A DNA stretch of 64,000 bases, taken from positions 256,001-320,000 of the forward strand of contig CAWAMW010000016.1 of the NCBI GenBank assembly GCA_963783305.1. Direction: 5' to 3'. Numbering within the stretch: position 1 is the first letter of the stretch; the number at the start of each line of letters is the position of its first letter. The DNA is from an uncultured Gemmatimonadales bacterium. Its GTDB lineage: Bacteria; Gemmatimonadota; Gemmatimonadetes; Longimicrobiales; RSA9. The notes under the pieces are model-generated. The model saw only the letters and a list, made by a program, of their open reading frames with translations. It did not search any database and had not been told where the DNA came from. The position numbers were made by a program, and so were the translations under genes. Shown here piece after piece: positions 22,898 through 32,528 of the stretch.

Positions 22898-25395
22898 TCA
22901 GAAGGTGAGGCGCAGGCCCAGGTTCCCCCCGATCCCACCAGCGCTGAATCGATCCGTCACACCGCCCGGGATCGGGCAGGAGGCTTCCGCCGCGACGCGG
23001 ACGCCGCAAGGGTCGAAGGTACCGATATAGTGGCCGGCATTGGGGCGGTTGAGGACGTTTCGGAGCTGGATATACACGCCGAACCCCCAGCTGTCGAAGG
23101 ATCGGGTCCAGTCGCCGAGCAGGTCCAGACGCTTATACGGTTCGCTCCGAAGCCCGTTGGGATCGTCCAGCAGCCACTGTCGGCCTCCGTCGGCCGATTC
23201 CGTCAGTGTTGTCCGCGTATACGGGATCCCCGACGCGCGGGCGAAGGCTGCGCCCAGGCGGAATCCGCGTCCCAGCCGGAGCAGTGTTGTGGCATCCAGC
23301 GCGTGGGGTCGATCCGTGGCGGCGGGGAATTCCAGACCGTCCACCGCCGTTGTCGCGCGGAGTAGCTGTATGCCAGCGAGAGGGTGGCGCGCCCCGACAC
23401 GCGGCGCACGGAGCCCTCCACACCGTGTGCGCGGCGCTTTCCCACCTCGAAGGACGGGCTCGCGTGCGACAATCCAGGCGTCGGGTCCGGCAGCACCAGG
23501 CCAGCGGAGCGGCGGACCCAGCCGTTCAGGCTGGCCAGCGAGCTCCCACCGACCCACGCTTCCGCTCCTGCCGCCGCCACATCCGATCGTATGGCGGGAA
23601 CGGAGTCGCTGGCGATGAGCCACATGCTGTGCGGGTGCCGGATGTTCGAGACTCCGGTGGGGGCGAGCGTCTGCGCATACTGGTAGGACCGACCGAGGCC
23701 GGCGAACAGGCTCGCGTGGTCGGTGAGGGCGAAGCGCGCCATGAGGTCCGGCGCGATCCGGACCGGATCGTTCCCGACCGAGGCGATCTCCAGCCGCGTC
23801 CCCGCCTCGAGCTCCAGGCGCGCGGTGGGATGCCATCGACGCTGCGACCACAAGCCCACACGGGTACGGGCGTCGCTGGACACCAGCCGGTCCGGCTCGT
23901 CCACGTAGAAGGGGGACCGGGGCTCCGGCTTGGCGCCGTCATACTCGGCTGACTCACGGACGACCTCATAGCCCGCCCCCCACGTGCGCCCACCGTCGCG
24001 TGGCTCCACCTCACCCCGCACTACCCAGTGCGTCAGCGCGACGCTGGACGCCGGGACCAAAACGGCAATGGGGTTTGCAGCGTTCGTTGGACTCCCGGTG
24101 ACTCTCGGGGTGAATTGCCCCGCCTCCACTGCAAATCGGCTGAAGCCAGCGGTGTGGGCGGACGTGAGTCCTCCTGGCAGCAGCGCATGCAGTGTCGCTC
24201 TGGCGACCGTGGTTCCGCGGTCCCCGCCCGACCAGCGCGCGAAGGCCGGGAAGTCCGTCTCTGGATTTCGGCCGATCTCGTTGTAGCCGTTCGACTGCCA
24301 GAGCCCGCTCACCGCGACTCTACGGCCGTTGCCCATGTGGAGATCCACCCGCCCCGTAAGGTCCCAGAACTGGTTCGCCTGGACCGCCTGGAAACTGTTG
24401 TCGCGCAAAAGGTCGATATAGCTTCGGCGCCCCGCCAGAAGCCAGGACACGTCGCCGCCGGAGGAGCGGCCGTCGACGGATCCCCGCAGGCTGCTCAGTG
24501 AGACGTCGGCCGCCCCCCGGATGTGGCCCTCGGCGTCGCCCGCGCCGGGGCGCGTCGGCAGGTCCAGCACCGCGGCGCTGGCACCAGCCAGCGATGCGGG
24601 GCGTACGCCGGGATGGAAGAAGGCCATCCCGATCCCCTCCGGGCTGACGGCGGTGAGGTCCCCCGCGCCGTGCAGCGGCTCATACAGGGGAAGGCCGTCG
24701 AAGAGCACCACGGTCTCCGCGCGGCCCGCACCCCTCGTCCACAGCTCGGTGCTGACCTCGTCCCAGGTAGTGACGCCCGGGAGTCGACGGAGCGCCCGGA
24801 AGATGTCATCCTCCCCGAGCGTCACCGCCTCCACCAGCTCGTCGTGCGTCAGGGCACGGACGTCGGTGGCGAGGTGACGCTGCTGACGGAGCCGTATCGC
24901 CGGGCGGCGATCCAGTGCGACGGCCGCTCTCTCATCGAGCCGCGCGTGCATCAGGTCCCGTGACTCCTCCGTGACGGCCACGGGCTCGAGTCGCACCGGG
25001 TCGACCGTCAGGCCGAAAGAGACGCGCGCGGCCCCCGGACCCCGCAGTTCGACCCGGACCGTGGCCGGCCTATAGCCGAGGTACTGGACTCGCAACGTGT
25101 ATTCTCCGGGCGCCAGGCCATCGAACCGGTAGGCCCCCGCTGGTCCCGTCTCCGATACCTTGTTCGCCGTGGCGAACACGCCAAGGTGGTCCCCTCCAGC
25201 CGGGAACACGGCTTCCGTCCCGGGGATCAACGCGACCGCCGCTCCCGCAATGGGCGCCAGGGTCTCGGCGTCCACCACCGTCCCGGAGATCACGACGGCC
25301 GCCACCTGCGGAGAGTCCTGCGCCCGCACTTCTCGCGTATTCATGGAACCCGACGCCAGGCAGACCAGTACTCCGATCCAAACACGCATGCCCAT
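22898..25395 (-). pseudogene. TonB-dependent receptor with carboxypeptidase-regulatory N-domain; single frameshift near 23359 (pseudogene or sequencing error)
   Basis: ORF 23203-25395 reads as a TBDR up to LSLAYSYS; ORF 22898-23851 continues RATTAVDGLEF...YKRLDL...NVLNRPN...LGLRLTF. Confidence 0.8.
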
Positions 25396-25601
25396 CGCTC
25401 CCGTGTGTGTCCCCTGTCACTTTACCATGTAGATGTCCGGAGCGCCGAAATTCTGACGCGTCGCTGATGTTCGACTTCCGGGCATCGTTGATTCGCCAGC
25501 GTGTACCGCCTAGCTTGTGAGTCGTGGCTTCCGCGGAGCACCCCCCAACAACTCGGCGAGGCCGTACCCCCCCTCCCGACCACCCGATCCGAGAGTGCGC
25601 C

Positions 25602-26033
25602 ATGCCCAGCTACCCGCAGCCCAACGTCCATTTCCAGGTGCAGTGGGGCGGAACCCGGATCGGCTTTGCCGAGGTGACCGGCCTCACCATCGACGTGGAG
25701 GTCATCGAGTACCGTGAGGGGTCCGACAAGGAGTACACACCCCGGAAGCTGCCTGGTCGGACCACCTACGACGACGTGACCCTGAAGCGCGGCATCATGG
25801 CCGGCGACGGCGAGTTCTTCGAGTGGATCAGCACCGCAATTGCTCACCAGGTGGAGCGCCGGGACGTCGTGGTCAGTCTGCTGGACGCGGAGCACAACCC
25901 CATGATGACGTGGAAGCTGAGGAACGCCTTCCCGTCGAAGCTGGAGGGGCCGGGTCTCAACGCGGCGGGGGGTGCGGTCGCCATCGAGACGCTCGTGCTG
26001 ACCCACGAAGGGCTGTCCGTCGAGACGTCGTGA
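25602..26033 (+). CDS. Phage tail tube protein (T4 gp19-like / Afp1-5 type)
   Basis: F.EVTGL, IEYREG, KLPGR..YDDVTLKRG, FFEW, W...NAFPSK, VAIETL.L.HEG. Confidence 0.92.
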   Translation: MPSYPQPNVHFQVQWGGTRIGFAEVTGLTIDVEVIEYREGSDKEYTPRKLPGRTTYDDVTLKRGIMAGDGEFFEWISTAIAHQVERRDVVVSLLDAEHNPMMTWKLRNAFPSKLEGPGLNAAGGAVAIETLVLTHEGLSVETS

Positions 26034-26506
26034 CGCCGCCCCGTAAGCCACCGAACCGCACGCCGAAAGCATCACCGGAGAGGTCGGCGGATCGGCAGCG
26101 GAGCTCGAACCGGCGCCCGGACGTGGTGGTCGACTTCGAGCTCCGGGAGGGCTGCTTCTTCGTCTCCGTCCGGAACATCGGCCGGGCCCCCGCCCGCTCG
26201 GTCCGGGTCGAGTTCGCGCCTCCATTCACCGGTCTCGGAGGCGAAAAGGAGGTCACGAAGCTGCCGCTGTTCCACGACCTCACCTACCTGGCCCCGGGCC
26301 GGCGAATCGAGACGTTCGTCGACACCAGCGTTTCCTACTTCCTGCGCGAGCAGCCGACGCGCATGAAGGTGATCGTCCACTACCGCGACCGTCAGGGCCA
26401 CGAGTACATGGACCGGTTCGAGCACAACCTCGAAATCTACCGCGACCTCGGCTACATCAGTCGATCACCCGGAGATCAGGCGCTCGATCGGTCCACCGGC
26501 GCGTGA
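26030..26506 (+). CDS. Hypothetical protein, Ig-like beta sandwich predicted
   Basis: GTGA overlap with tail tube stop; RPDVVVDF...VRNIG..PA.SVRV...LAPG pattern. Confidence 0.7.
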   Translation: MTPPRKPPNRTPKASPERSADRQRSSNRRPDVVVDFELREGCFFVSVRNIGRAPARSVRVEFAPPFTGLGGEKEVTKLPLFHDLTYLAPGRRIETFVDTSVSYFLREQPTRMKVIVHYRDRQGHEYMDRFEHNLEIYRDLGYISRSPGDQALDRSTGA

Positions 26507-26723
26507 GCCCGAGCTCATCGCTCGCTGGGGACCGGGCCGCACAGCCCGACCTGGACCGTTTCGGATCGCACGGCGTCAGCGAGCGGTTCGCTCCCCAGCA
26601 CTCCCCCTCCACGGACTCCCAGATCGCTCCAGCCGCGGCACGCGGTCACCCCCCGCACGTTGGAGACGGGGCGGCGCCGTTGTCGGGAGCGCGAATCCCC
26701 GTTACCATCGATATTCGTTCGTC

Positions 26724-26796
26724 GGGGCTGTAGCTCAGCTGGGAGAGCACCTGCTTTGCAAGCAGGGGGTCACCGGTTCGATCCCGGTCAGCTCCA
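26724..26796 (+). tRNA. tRNA-Ala (anticodon TGC), CCA not encoded
   Basis: GGGGCTG/CAGCTCC acceptor stem with G3:U70; CCTGC-TT-TGC-AA-GCAGG anticodon arm; GGTTCGATCCC T-arm. Confidence 0.97.
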
Positions 26797-26803
26797 CTTA
26801 TGG

Positions 26804-26844
26804 GAACCCGTTGCGCCGCAAGGCGTGACGGGTTCTTGTCATTT
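26804..26844 (+). terminator. Probable intrinsic terminator after tRNA-Ala
   Basis: gaacccgttgcgcc-gcaa-ggcgtgacgggttc hairpin followed by ttgtcattt. Confidence 0.7.
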
Positions 26845-27015
26845 CGATCCCGCTCGCTGCCGCCGCGGTTCAACGAGAGGGGCTTTGGGTCCCCGCTGAC
26901 ATCAAGGAACAAGCAGGCGGTCGCGCTGACGTGCGCGTCCATGGCGAACTTCAGGTCCATCCACCTGTCTGGCCGCCATCTGGCGGTCGTCCGGCGCAAC
27001 GCCTTCGGTCGACCG

Positions 27016-27339
27016 TCACGCCCGCCATTCCGGTGTCGACCGCGAGTCCATGAGCACCTCGTACGCTTCGTGGCGGACCTCCGTCCGGGCCATGATCTCG
27101 CCCGGCTCGCGGCCGTGGGAGATCGCGTGCTGCGGGCTCTTCATATACCGCCCGAACGCTTCCCGGCTCTCCCAGGCGGTGAGGAATGTGTGGGTCGCCT
27201 CACCGGCCTGCGGCTTCAGCAGCTGCAGGTACAGGAACCCGGGGAAATCGTCCACGAGGGAAGCGCGATTGCGGAAATACCACTCCACGTCCTCCCGGTC
27301 TGCTTCGGGGACGCTCAGGTGTGACACGAAAACGAACAT
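27016..27339 (-). CDS. Antibiotic biosynthesis monooxygenase (ABM) family protein, IsdG/MhuD-like
   Basis: F.NR..LVD.FPGF..LQLL.P, T.WESREAF..Y.KS..H..SH. Confidence 0.85.
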   Translation of the reverse strand: MFVFVSHLSVPEADREDVEWYFRNRASLVDDFPGFLYLQLLKPQAGEATHTFLTAWESREAFGRYMKSPQHAISHGREPGEIMARTEVRHEAYEVLMDSRSTPEWRA

Positions 27340-27341
27340 CG

Positions 27342-28409
27342 TCAGCTACCCAGCTCGTGGAGCTCGTTCGCGATGCGGACGGCCTCGTTCAGATCCCGTC
27401 CGAACCCGTCGGCCCCGAGCTCTCGCCACAGGTCGGGCCTCGATCGAAAGGCGCCGCCACCGACCAGGATGGTGACCTCGCTCCCGTACCGGCGGCGCGT
27501 CTCCTCCACAAGCTCGCTCACCGCCGGCAGGTTGCCGAGCACGGTGGCTGAGATGCCGATCAGGCGGGGCTCGTGGCTCTCCACGGCCTGGAGGATGTCG
27601 CGGTGGGGCAGGTGGGTGCCGAGGAACATCACGTTCCAGCCATCGGCCTCGAGCACATCTGCCACCATGTTGCCCCCGAGCTGGTGGAGCTCTCCCTTCA
27701 CTCCCGTGACCAGAGCGTTGCCCCGGATGGCCGCGGGCCTCTCCAGGTGCGAGTACAGCTGACCGATCACGTACTGGGTGATGGCGGTGGCCATGTGCTC
27801 CTCTGCCACGGTGATCTCGTTGCGCGCCCAGAGCTCGCCGATCCGGTACTGGGCGGGCTGCAGGATCTCGCCGTAGACGTCCGGGACGGACGCGCCCGCC
27901 CGCAGCGCCTCCAGCGCCACGTTGAGCGCCGCTCTGCGGTATCCCGCACGGATCGCCTGGAGGTAGAGAGAGGTCTCGGTGGCCATCCGGCCGGAACCGG
28001 CCTCCGCGGCTGGCGCCGTGCCGCTCGTATCCCGGAGCGAGGAGATCGCCGTGTCCGCGATTTTCCGCACCAGCTCGCGTGACTCCCCCTCGAGAACCGC
28101 CGCCGCCGCATCCCGCACCTGCTCCAGGTTCTCCGCAAGGAAGTCCGGGGCGATGGCGCGGGCTCTCAGGACCCCTGCCGTCCATTGCGCATAGTCCTGG
28201 AAGGCGCCCGCCTCGTTGGCCACGACCGCGCCGGCGAGAAACTCTATGTGGAAGATCGCATCTGCCTCACCGCGCGTGCGTGCCGCCTCCCCGTACCGCT
28301 CCAGCCAGTCCGGATGCCGGTCCAGAAAATCGTCGGTGACAGACCGGGCGATGTCCTGTTTCCGCGTGAGAAGCTCTTCGGCCGCCCTCCGTCGCTCGGC
28401 GCGGGTCAT
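27342..28409 (-). CDS. Cobalamin-binding domain protein with N-terminal globin/phycobiliprotein-like helical domain
   Basis: W-x9-EH (WARNEITVAEEH), ExHxxG (ELHQLG), ISAT, VGG; ~130-aa helical N-domain. Confidence 0.88.
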   Translation of the reverse strand: MTRAERRRAAEELLTRKQDIARSVTDDFLDRHPDWLERYGEAARTRGEADAIFHIEFLAGAVVANEAGAFQDYAQWTAGVLRARAIAPDFLAENLEQVRDAAAAVLEGESRELVRKIADTAISSLRDTSGTAPAAEAGSGRMATETSLYLQAIRAGYRRAALNVALEALRAGASVPDVYGEILQPAQYRIGELWARNEITVAEEHMATAITQYVIGQLYSHLERPAAIRGNALVTGVKGELHQLGGNMVADVLEADGWNVMFLGTHLPHRDILQAVESHEPRLIGISATVLGNLPAVSELVEETRRRYGSEVTILVGGGAFRSRPDLWRELGADGFGRDLNEAVRIANELHELGS

Positions 28410-29065
28410 CGCGGTTCGTCTTCGAGGCCGAGGTCCGCCATGACGGCCTCGGAGCAGGGCGGGCAGTAGCCATGGCTGAGAAAGATCTTGTTCGCCTTGA
28501 GGTACTCGACCACGCTCTGCCATTCGGCTTCGGTTGTCTTGACCTTGCCACACCGCATGCAGAGGGGAAGCACCTCCTGGATCTTCTTGAGGTGCCAGTA
28601 CGACGTTTCCAGATCATCGAGGGCCGCCTGCAGCCGTTGCCGGGTGCGCTCCAGCTCCCGCTCCCGGCGCGCCCGCTCCCGGGCCATGGTCGCGAACTCG
28701 TTGTTCAACTGCATCAGCTCCTCGACGACGCTGTGGTCGCCGCGCCCATCCGGCTCGCCCACGATCCGCCACCCGCCGCCCTCCCGGGCGACCAGGCAAT
28801 CGAGGGTGAAGGGTGCGCTGGAAGCGCCCACGAAGTTGAGCCGGACCCGATCATCGGGAACGGTGTCGTCCTGGAGCCAGCGCTCGAAGATGGCCACGTC
28901 GGAGTCCGTCAGGAGGCCGGTGACGGGCTCACCGATCACGTCCTCTCGCGGGAGGTCGGACAGTCGCGCGAACGCGGCGTTGATCGCGCGCACCCGACCT
29001 CCGGGGTCGATTGTTACGGCCGAGATGGTGTCCGAGCTTTCGAGCAAACGGTCGAGCATGTCCAT
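28406..29065 (-). CDS. PAS domain protein with coiled coil and C-terminal CxxC...HGxCxxC domain
   Basis: GRVRAINAAFARLS (PAS); LPLCMRCGKVK...SHGYCPPC; stop overlaps start of the B12 gene. Confidence 0.85.
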   Translation of the reverse strand: MDMLDRLLESSDTISAVTIDPGGRVRAINAAFARLSDLPREDVIGEPVTGLLTDSDVAIFERWLQDDTVPDDRVRLNFVGASSAPFTLDCLVAREGGGWRIVGEPDGRGDHSVVEELMQLNNEFATMARERARRERELERTRQRLQAALDDLETSYWHLKKIQEVLPLCMRCGKVKTTEAEWQSVVEYLKANKIFLSHGYCPPCSEAVMADLGLEDEPR

Positions 29066-29280
29066 TGGTGCGCCCTGGGTCACGGTCGTTCTCGTTCCAC
29101 CGGTCAGAGATCGACCGGCTCGCTGCCCTCGCGGCCGCGGCCTGCGCAGAATACCTGGATAATATAGTGCACGACAGGACGGGGGCCCGCCGTGGTGGAA
29201 CGTCTTGTGCTCCGAAAGTAGCGCTGGCACGAGACCTCCCCGACTGCGCCCCTGGCTGTATCCCTGGATCTAGTGGCTCC

Positions 29281-29465
29281 ATGATGATGGAAATCAACCC
29301 ATCAGAACTCTCCGACGCCGTCGTCCGCACCCTCCGCGAACCTCTGCTCATCCTGGATTCCGGGCTCCGGATCCGGGCCGCAAACCCCGCGTTCTGCCGC
29401 GCCTTCCAGGTCGATCTCCATGATACGGAGGGGCGGTCGCTGTTCGAGATCGGCAATGGCCAGTG
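29281..29465 (+). pseudogene. Truncated PAS-domain gene remnant
   Basis: VVRTLREPLLILDSGLRIRAANPAFCRAFQV....EGRSLFEIGNGQ resembles CheR-associated PAS domains, then similarity is lost. Confidence 0.65.
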
Positions 29466-29996
29466 CCCTGACCCGGGCCGTCGCGGAAGCGCTGTCGAAA
29501 GAGAACGGAGGAGGCGCGACGTGAGCGGCCGGACTTCCCGCCCCCCGGCACGGCGATTGCCAACAGCGGCAGTGGTCCTTACTGTCAAGGCGTCCCAGCA
29601 CCCGCGGCCTCTCGAGCTCGAGTCGCCGGATGGTGCCGGGGCGGGTGCGGAAGATACCGGCACTGGCGGTCGCCGGCGTATTCGTGCACCTTTCGGTCGA
29701 GATGGTCGTGGGGGGAGGTCCGACGGAGCCGTCGGCTCGGATCCTCGCGATCGTCCTACTTCCGGCCCGCGTCGCGGTGCCTGCCGTCGGGACCGATACC
29801 CGGACGCAGCAGGATCCCGCACACGATCCCGCGCGGGAGTTCGGAAGCCGCGGCGCCCCCTGAGCAGATGGGCGGCGGGACCTTTCCCGGGACGGTGGCT
29901 GTAAACGAAACAGCGCCCTCGCGCGTCCTCGTTGCAGACCTGCTCCGTTTATTTTCCGTTTACGCACGACACCCACACAAGGACAGAGGAAAGCAC

Positions 29997-31142
29997 GTGA
30001 TCAAGGAAGCCTCCCTGGGCGTTCTCGAGGTTCTCTCGAGCGGCTCCGGGTTCATTCGCCGCAAGGAAGACGGATACATCCCCGGCGATAACGACATCTA
30101 CGTCGGCCAGAAGCTGGTCCAGAAGTTCAACCTGCGGACCGGCGACGAGATCACAGGCGAGGTGGGCAACGCCCCCGGCCGTGGCAAGAGCGCGCCACTG
30201 ACGCGACTGGTGGGCGTGAACAGCCGCCCGCCGGAGGAGCTCGGCCACCGGCCGAACTTCCAGCGTCTGAGCGCGTTGCACCCGGACGAGCAGCTGGTCC
30301 TGGAGTGCGGTCTCGAGCGCCGCGGGAAGCCCGATTACACGAACCGCGTGATCGACCTTCTCTGTCCGTTCGGCAAGGGTCAGCGGGCGCTGATCGTGGC
30401 CCCGGCCAAGGCCGGGAAGACCATGGTGCTGCAGGCCATCGCCGAGGGGATCATCACGAACTATCCCGAGTCCGATCTCATGATCCTGCTGGTGGACGAG
30501 CGGCCGGAAGAGGTCACGGAGATGGAGAACTGCGGCTTCGGCGAGGTGATCGCCAGCAGCTTCGACCATCCCGCGGAGCGGCACGTGGCGGTGGCGGAGA
30601 TCACGCTCGAGCGCGCCCGTCGCCGCGCCGAGCTGGGTGATGACGTGGTGATCATCCTCGACTCCATCACGCGCCTTGCGCGGGCGTACAACACGGTGGA
30701 GGAGGGCAGCGGCCGCACCCTCTCCGGCGGCCTGGACGCCAACTCGCTGGAGAAGCCGAAGCGGTTCCTCGGCAGCGCCCGCAACATCTCGCGGGACGAG
30801 GGCGGTGGGTCGCTCACCATCATCGCCACGGCGCTGGTGGACACGGGCTCCCGCATGGATGACGTGATCTTCGAGGAGTTCAAGGGGACGGGCAACAGCG
30901 AGCTGCTGCTCAGCCGGGAGCTGGCGGACAAGCGGATCTGGCCGGCCATCGACCTGGTGGCGAGCGCCACCCGGAAGGAAGAGCTCCTGCTCACGAACGA
31001 CGCGCTCCGCGTATCGCACCTCCTCCGTCGACAGCTCACCGATGACGCGCCGGCCGACGCCATGGAGAAGCTCCTGGCGTTCATGAAGCGGACAGAATCG
31101 AACCGGGAGCTGATCGACCGGATCCTCAACAACCCCGGCTGA
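29997..31142 (+). CDS. rho: Transcription termination factor Rho, short form lacking the N-terminal helical domain
   Basis: GFIR...DIYV...[53 protein letters not shown] start after GAGGA. Confidence 0.93.
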   Translation: MIKEASLGVLEVLSSGSGFIRRKEDGYIPGDNDIYVGQKLVQKFNLRTGDEITGEVGNAPGRGKSAPLTRLVGVNSRPPEELGHRPNFQRLSALHPDEQLVLECGLERRGKPDYTNRVIDLLCPFGKGQRALIVAPAKAGKTMVLQAIAEGIITNYPESDLMILLVDERPEEVTEMENCGFGEVIASSFDHPAERHVAVAEITLERARRRAELGDDVVIILDSITRLARAYNTVEEGSGRTLSGGLDANSLEKPKRFLGSARNISRDEGGGSLTIIATALVDTGSRMDDVIFEEFKGTGNSELLLSRELADKRIWPAIDLVASATRKEELLLTNDALRVSHLLRRQLTDDAPADAMEKLLAFMKRTESNRELIDRILNNPG

Positions 31143-31146
31143 GCCG

Positions 31147-31830
31147 GTGTCGGCGGCGTCTGGAGGGCCAGCGGCGTTCCGGCCGCTGGAGGAGTACCGG
31201 CGTCGTCCGGAGGGAGAGGTGAGGGAGCGCGCGGCGGAGTTCGCGGCCGAGCTCCGTCGCCGCCGCACCGTTCGTGACTTCGCGCCGGACCCGGTGCCGC
31301 GTGAGGTGATCGAGCGCTGCATCTGGGGGGCCGGGGCCGCGCCGAGCGGAGCGAACCAGCAGCCGTGGCACTTCGTAGCGGTCTCTGACCCGGGGGTGAA
31401 GCGGCGGATCCGGGAAGCGGCGGAAGTGGAAGAGCGGGAGTTCTACCGCGACCGGGCGCCGCGCGAGTGGCTGGAGGCGCTGTCGCACCTCGGGACGGAC
31501 GAGAACAAGCCTTTCCTGGAGCGGGCGCCGTGGCTGATTGCCATCTTCGCGCAGCGCTATGGCGTCGCGCCCTCCGGTGAGCGCACCAAGCACTACTATG
31601 TGACGGAGTCGGTGGGGATCGCCACGGGCATGCTCATCACCGCGCTCCACCACGCCGGCCTGGTCACGCTCACGCACACGCCCAGCCCCATGGAGTTCCT
31701 GGCCACTCTGCTGGGCCGCCCCGAGAACGAGCGCCCGTTCCTGCTCCTGGTGACGGGGTATCCTGCGGAAGACGCGTGCGTGCCCGAGATCGACAAGAAG
31801 TCGCTGGACGCGATCGCCACCTTCCTCTGA
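31147..31830 (+). CDS. Nitroreductase family protein, iodotyrosine deiodinase-like
   Basis: [49 protein letters not shown]. Confidence 0.88.
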   Translation: MSAASGGPAAFRPLEEYRRRPEGEVRERAAEFAAELRRRRTVRDFAPDPVPREVIERCIWGAGAAPSGANQQPWHFVAVSDPGVKRRIREAAEVEEREFYRDRAPREWLEALSHLGTDENKPFLERAPWLIAIFAQRYGVAPSGERTKHYYVTESVGIATGMLITALHHAGLVTLTHTPSPMEFLATLLGRPENERPFLLLVTGYPAEDACVPEIDKKSLDAIATFL

Positions 31831-32005
31831 CGCGTTGGCGCCGCCGCGGCGGCCCTGACGTGGCACTGGCGGTGGGTGGGGCCGCCGACCATGTTCGCTC
31901 CTGCGGCACGGACCTTTTCCGCGGTTTCGAAGTACCACGCCGCCAGTGCGGTCCGCGGACGGGCCTGCGGGCGTGAGTGACTCTGGTGTGAGCGAACTGA
32001 ATCGG

Positions 32006-32524
32006 ATGAAGAACAAAGCGCGTGTCTTCTGGCCGCTCCTCCTCGGGCTTGTGCTCGCCGACTGCGGCTCCAAGCGGATCGTCGAGGACACGCTCCCGCT
32101 CCACTCGCCGCGGGAGGTCGTGGGCGATGTCGTCCGGTTCACCCTCGCCTACAACCCGGGGGCCGCGTTCGGCGTCCACGTGGGGCCGTCCTCACGGATC
32201 GTGTTCACCGTCCTCACCCTGGTGGCGCTCCTGGCGCTGCTCGCGATGTACCGCTCGACCCCTTCGAGTCACCGCGTGCAGATCGCAGCGCTGGCGCTGA
32301 TCACCGGCGGCGCCCTCGGCAACCTCTTCGACCGGCTCCGCGGCTCCGCGGGGGTGGTGGACTTCATCGATGTGGGCGTGGGGGCTACCCGCTTCTGGAC
32401 GTTCAACATCGCCGACGCGGGAATAACCGTCGGCGCGATCCTGCTGGCCATCTCGCTGTGGACCGAGCCCGAGTCGGAGCCCGTCGCGAGCGCCGGAGCC
32501 CGGCACGACCCCACGCCGGACTGA
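32006..32524 (+). CDS. lspA: Lipoprotein signal peptidase II
   Basis: D..SK, NPGAAFG, GGALGNLFDR, VVDFI, FNIAD. Confidence 0.95.
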   Translation: MKNKARVFWPLLLGLVLADCGSKRIVEDTLPLHSPREVVGDVVRFTLAYNPGAAFGVHVGPSSRIVFTVLTLVALLALLAMYRSTPSSHRVQIAALALITGGALGNLFDRLRGSAGVVDFIDVGVGATRFWTFNIADAGITVGAILLAISLWTEPESEPVASAGARHDPTPD

Positions 32525-32528
32525 GCGC

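Noticed and set aside
25602..26796. Prophage at tRNA-Ala
   Set aside because: No integrase, terminase, capsid or other tail genes
29470..29990. ORFs 29011-29904, 29302-29976 and 29630-29863
   Set aside because: Arg/Pro/Gly-rich GC read-through with no coherent protein signal beyond the PAS fragment
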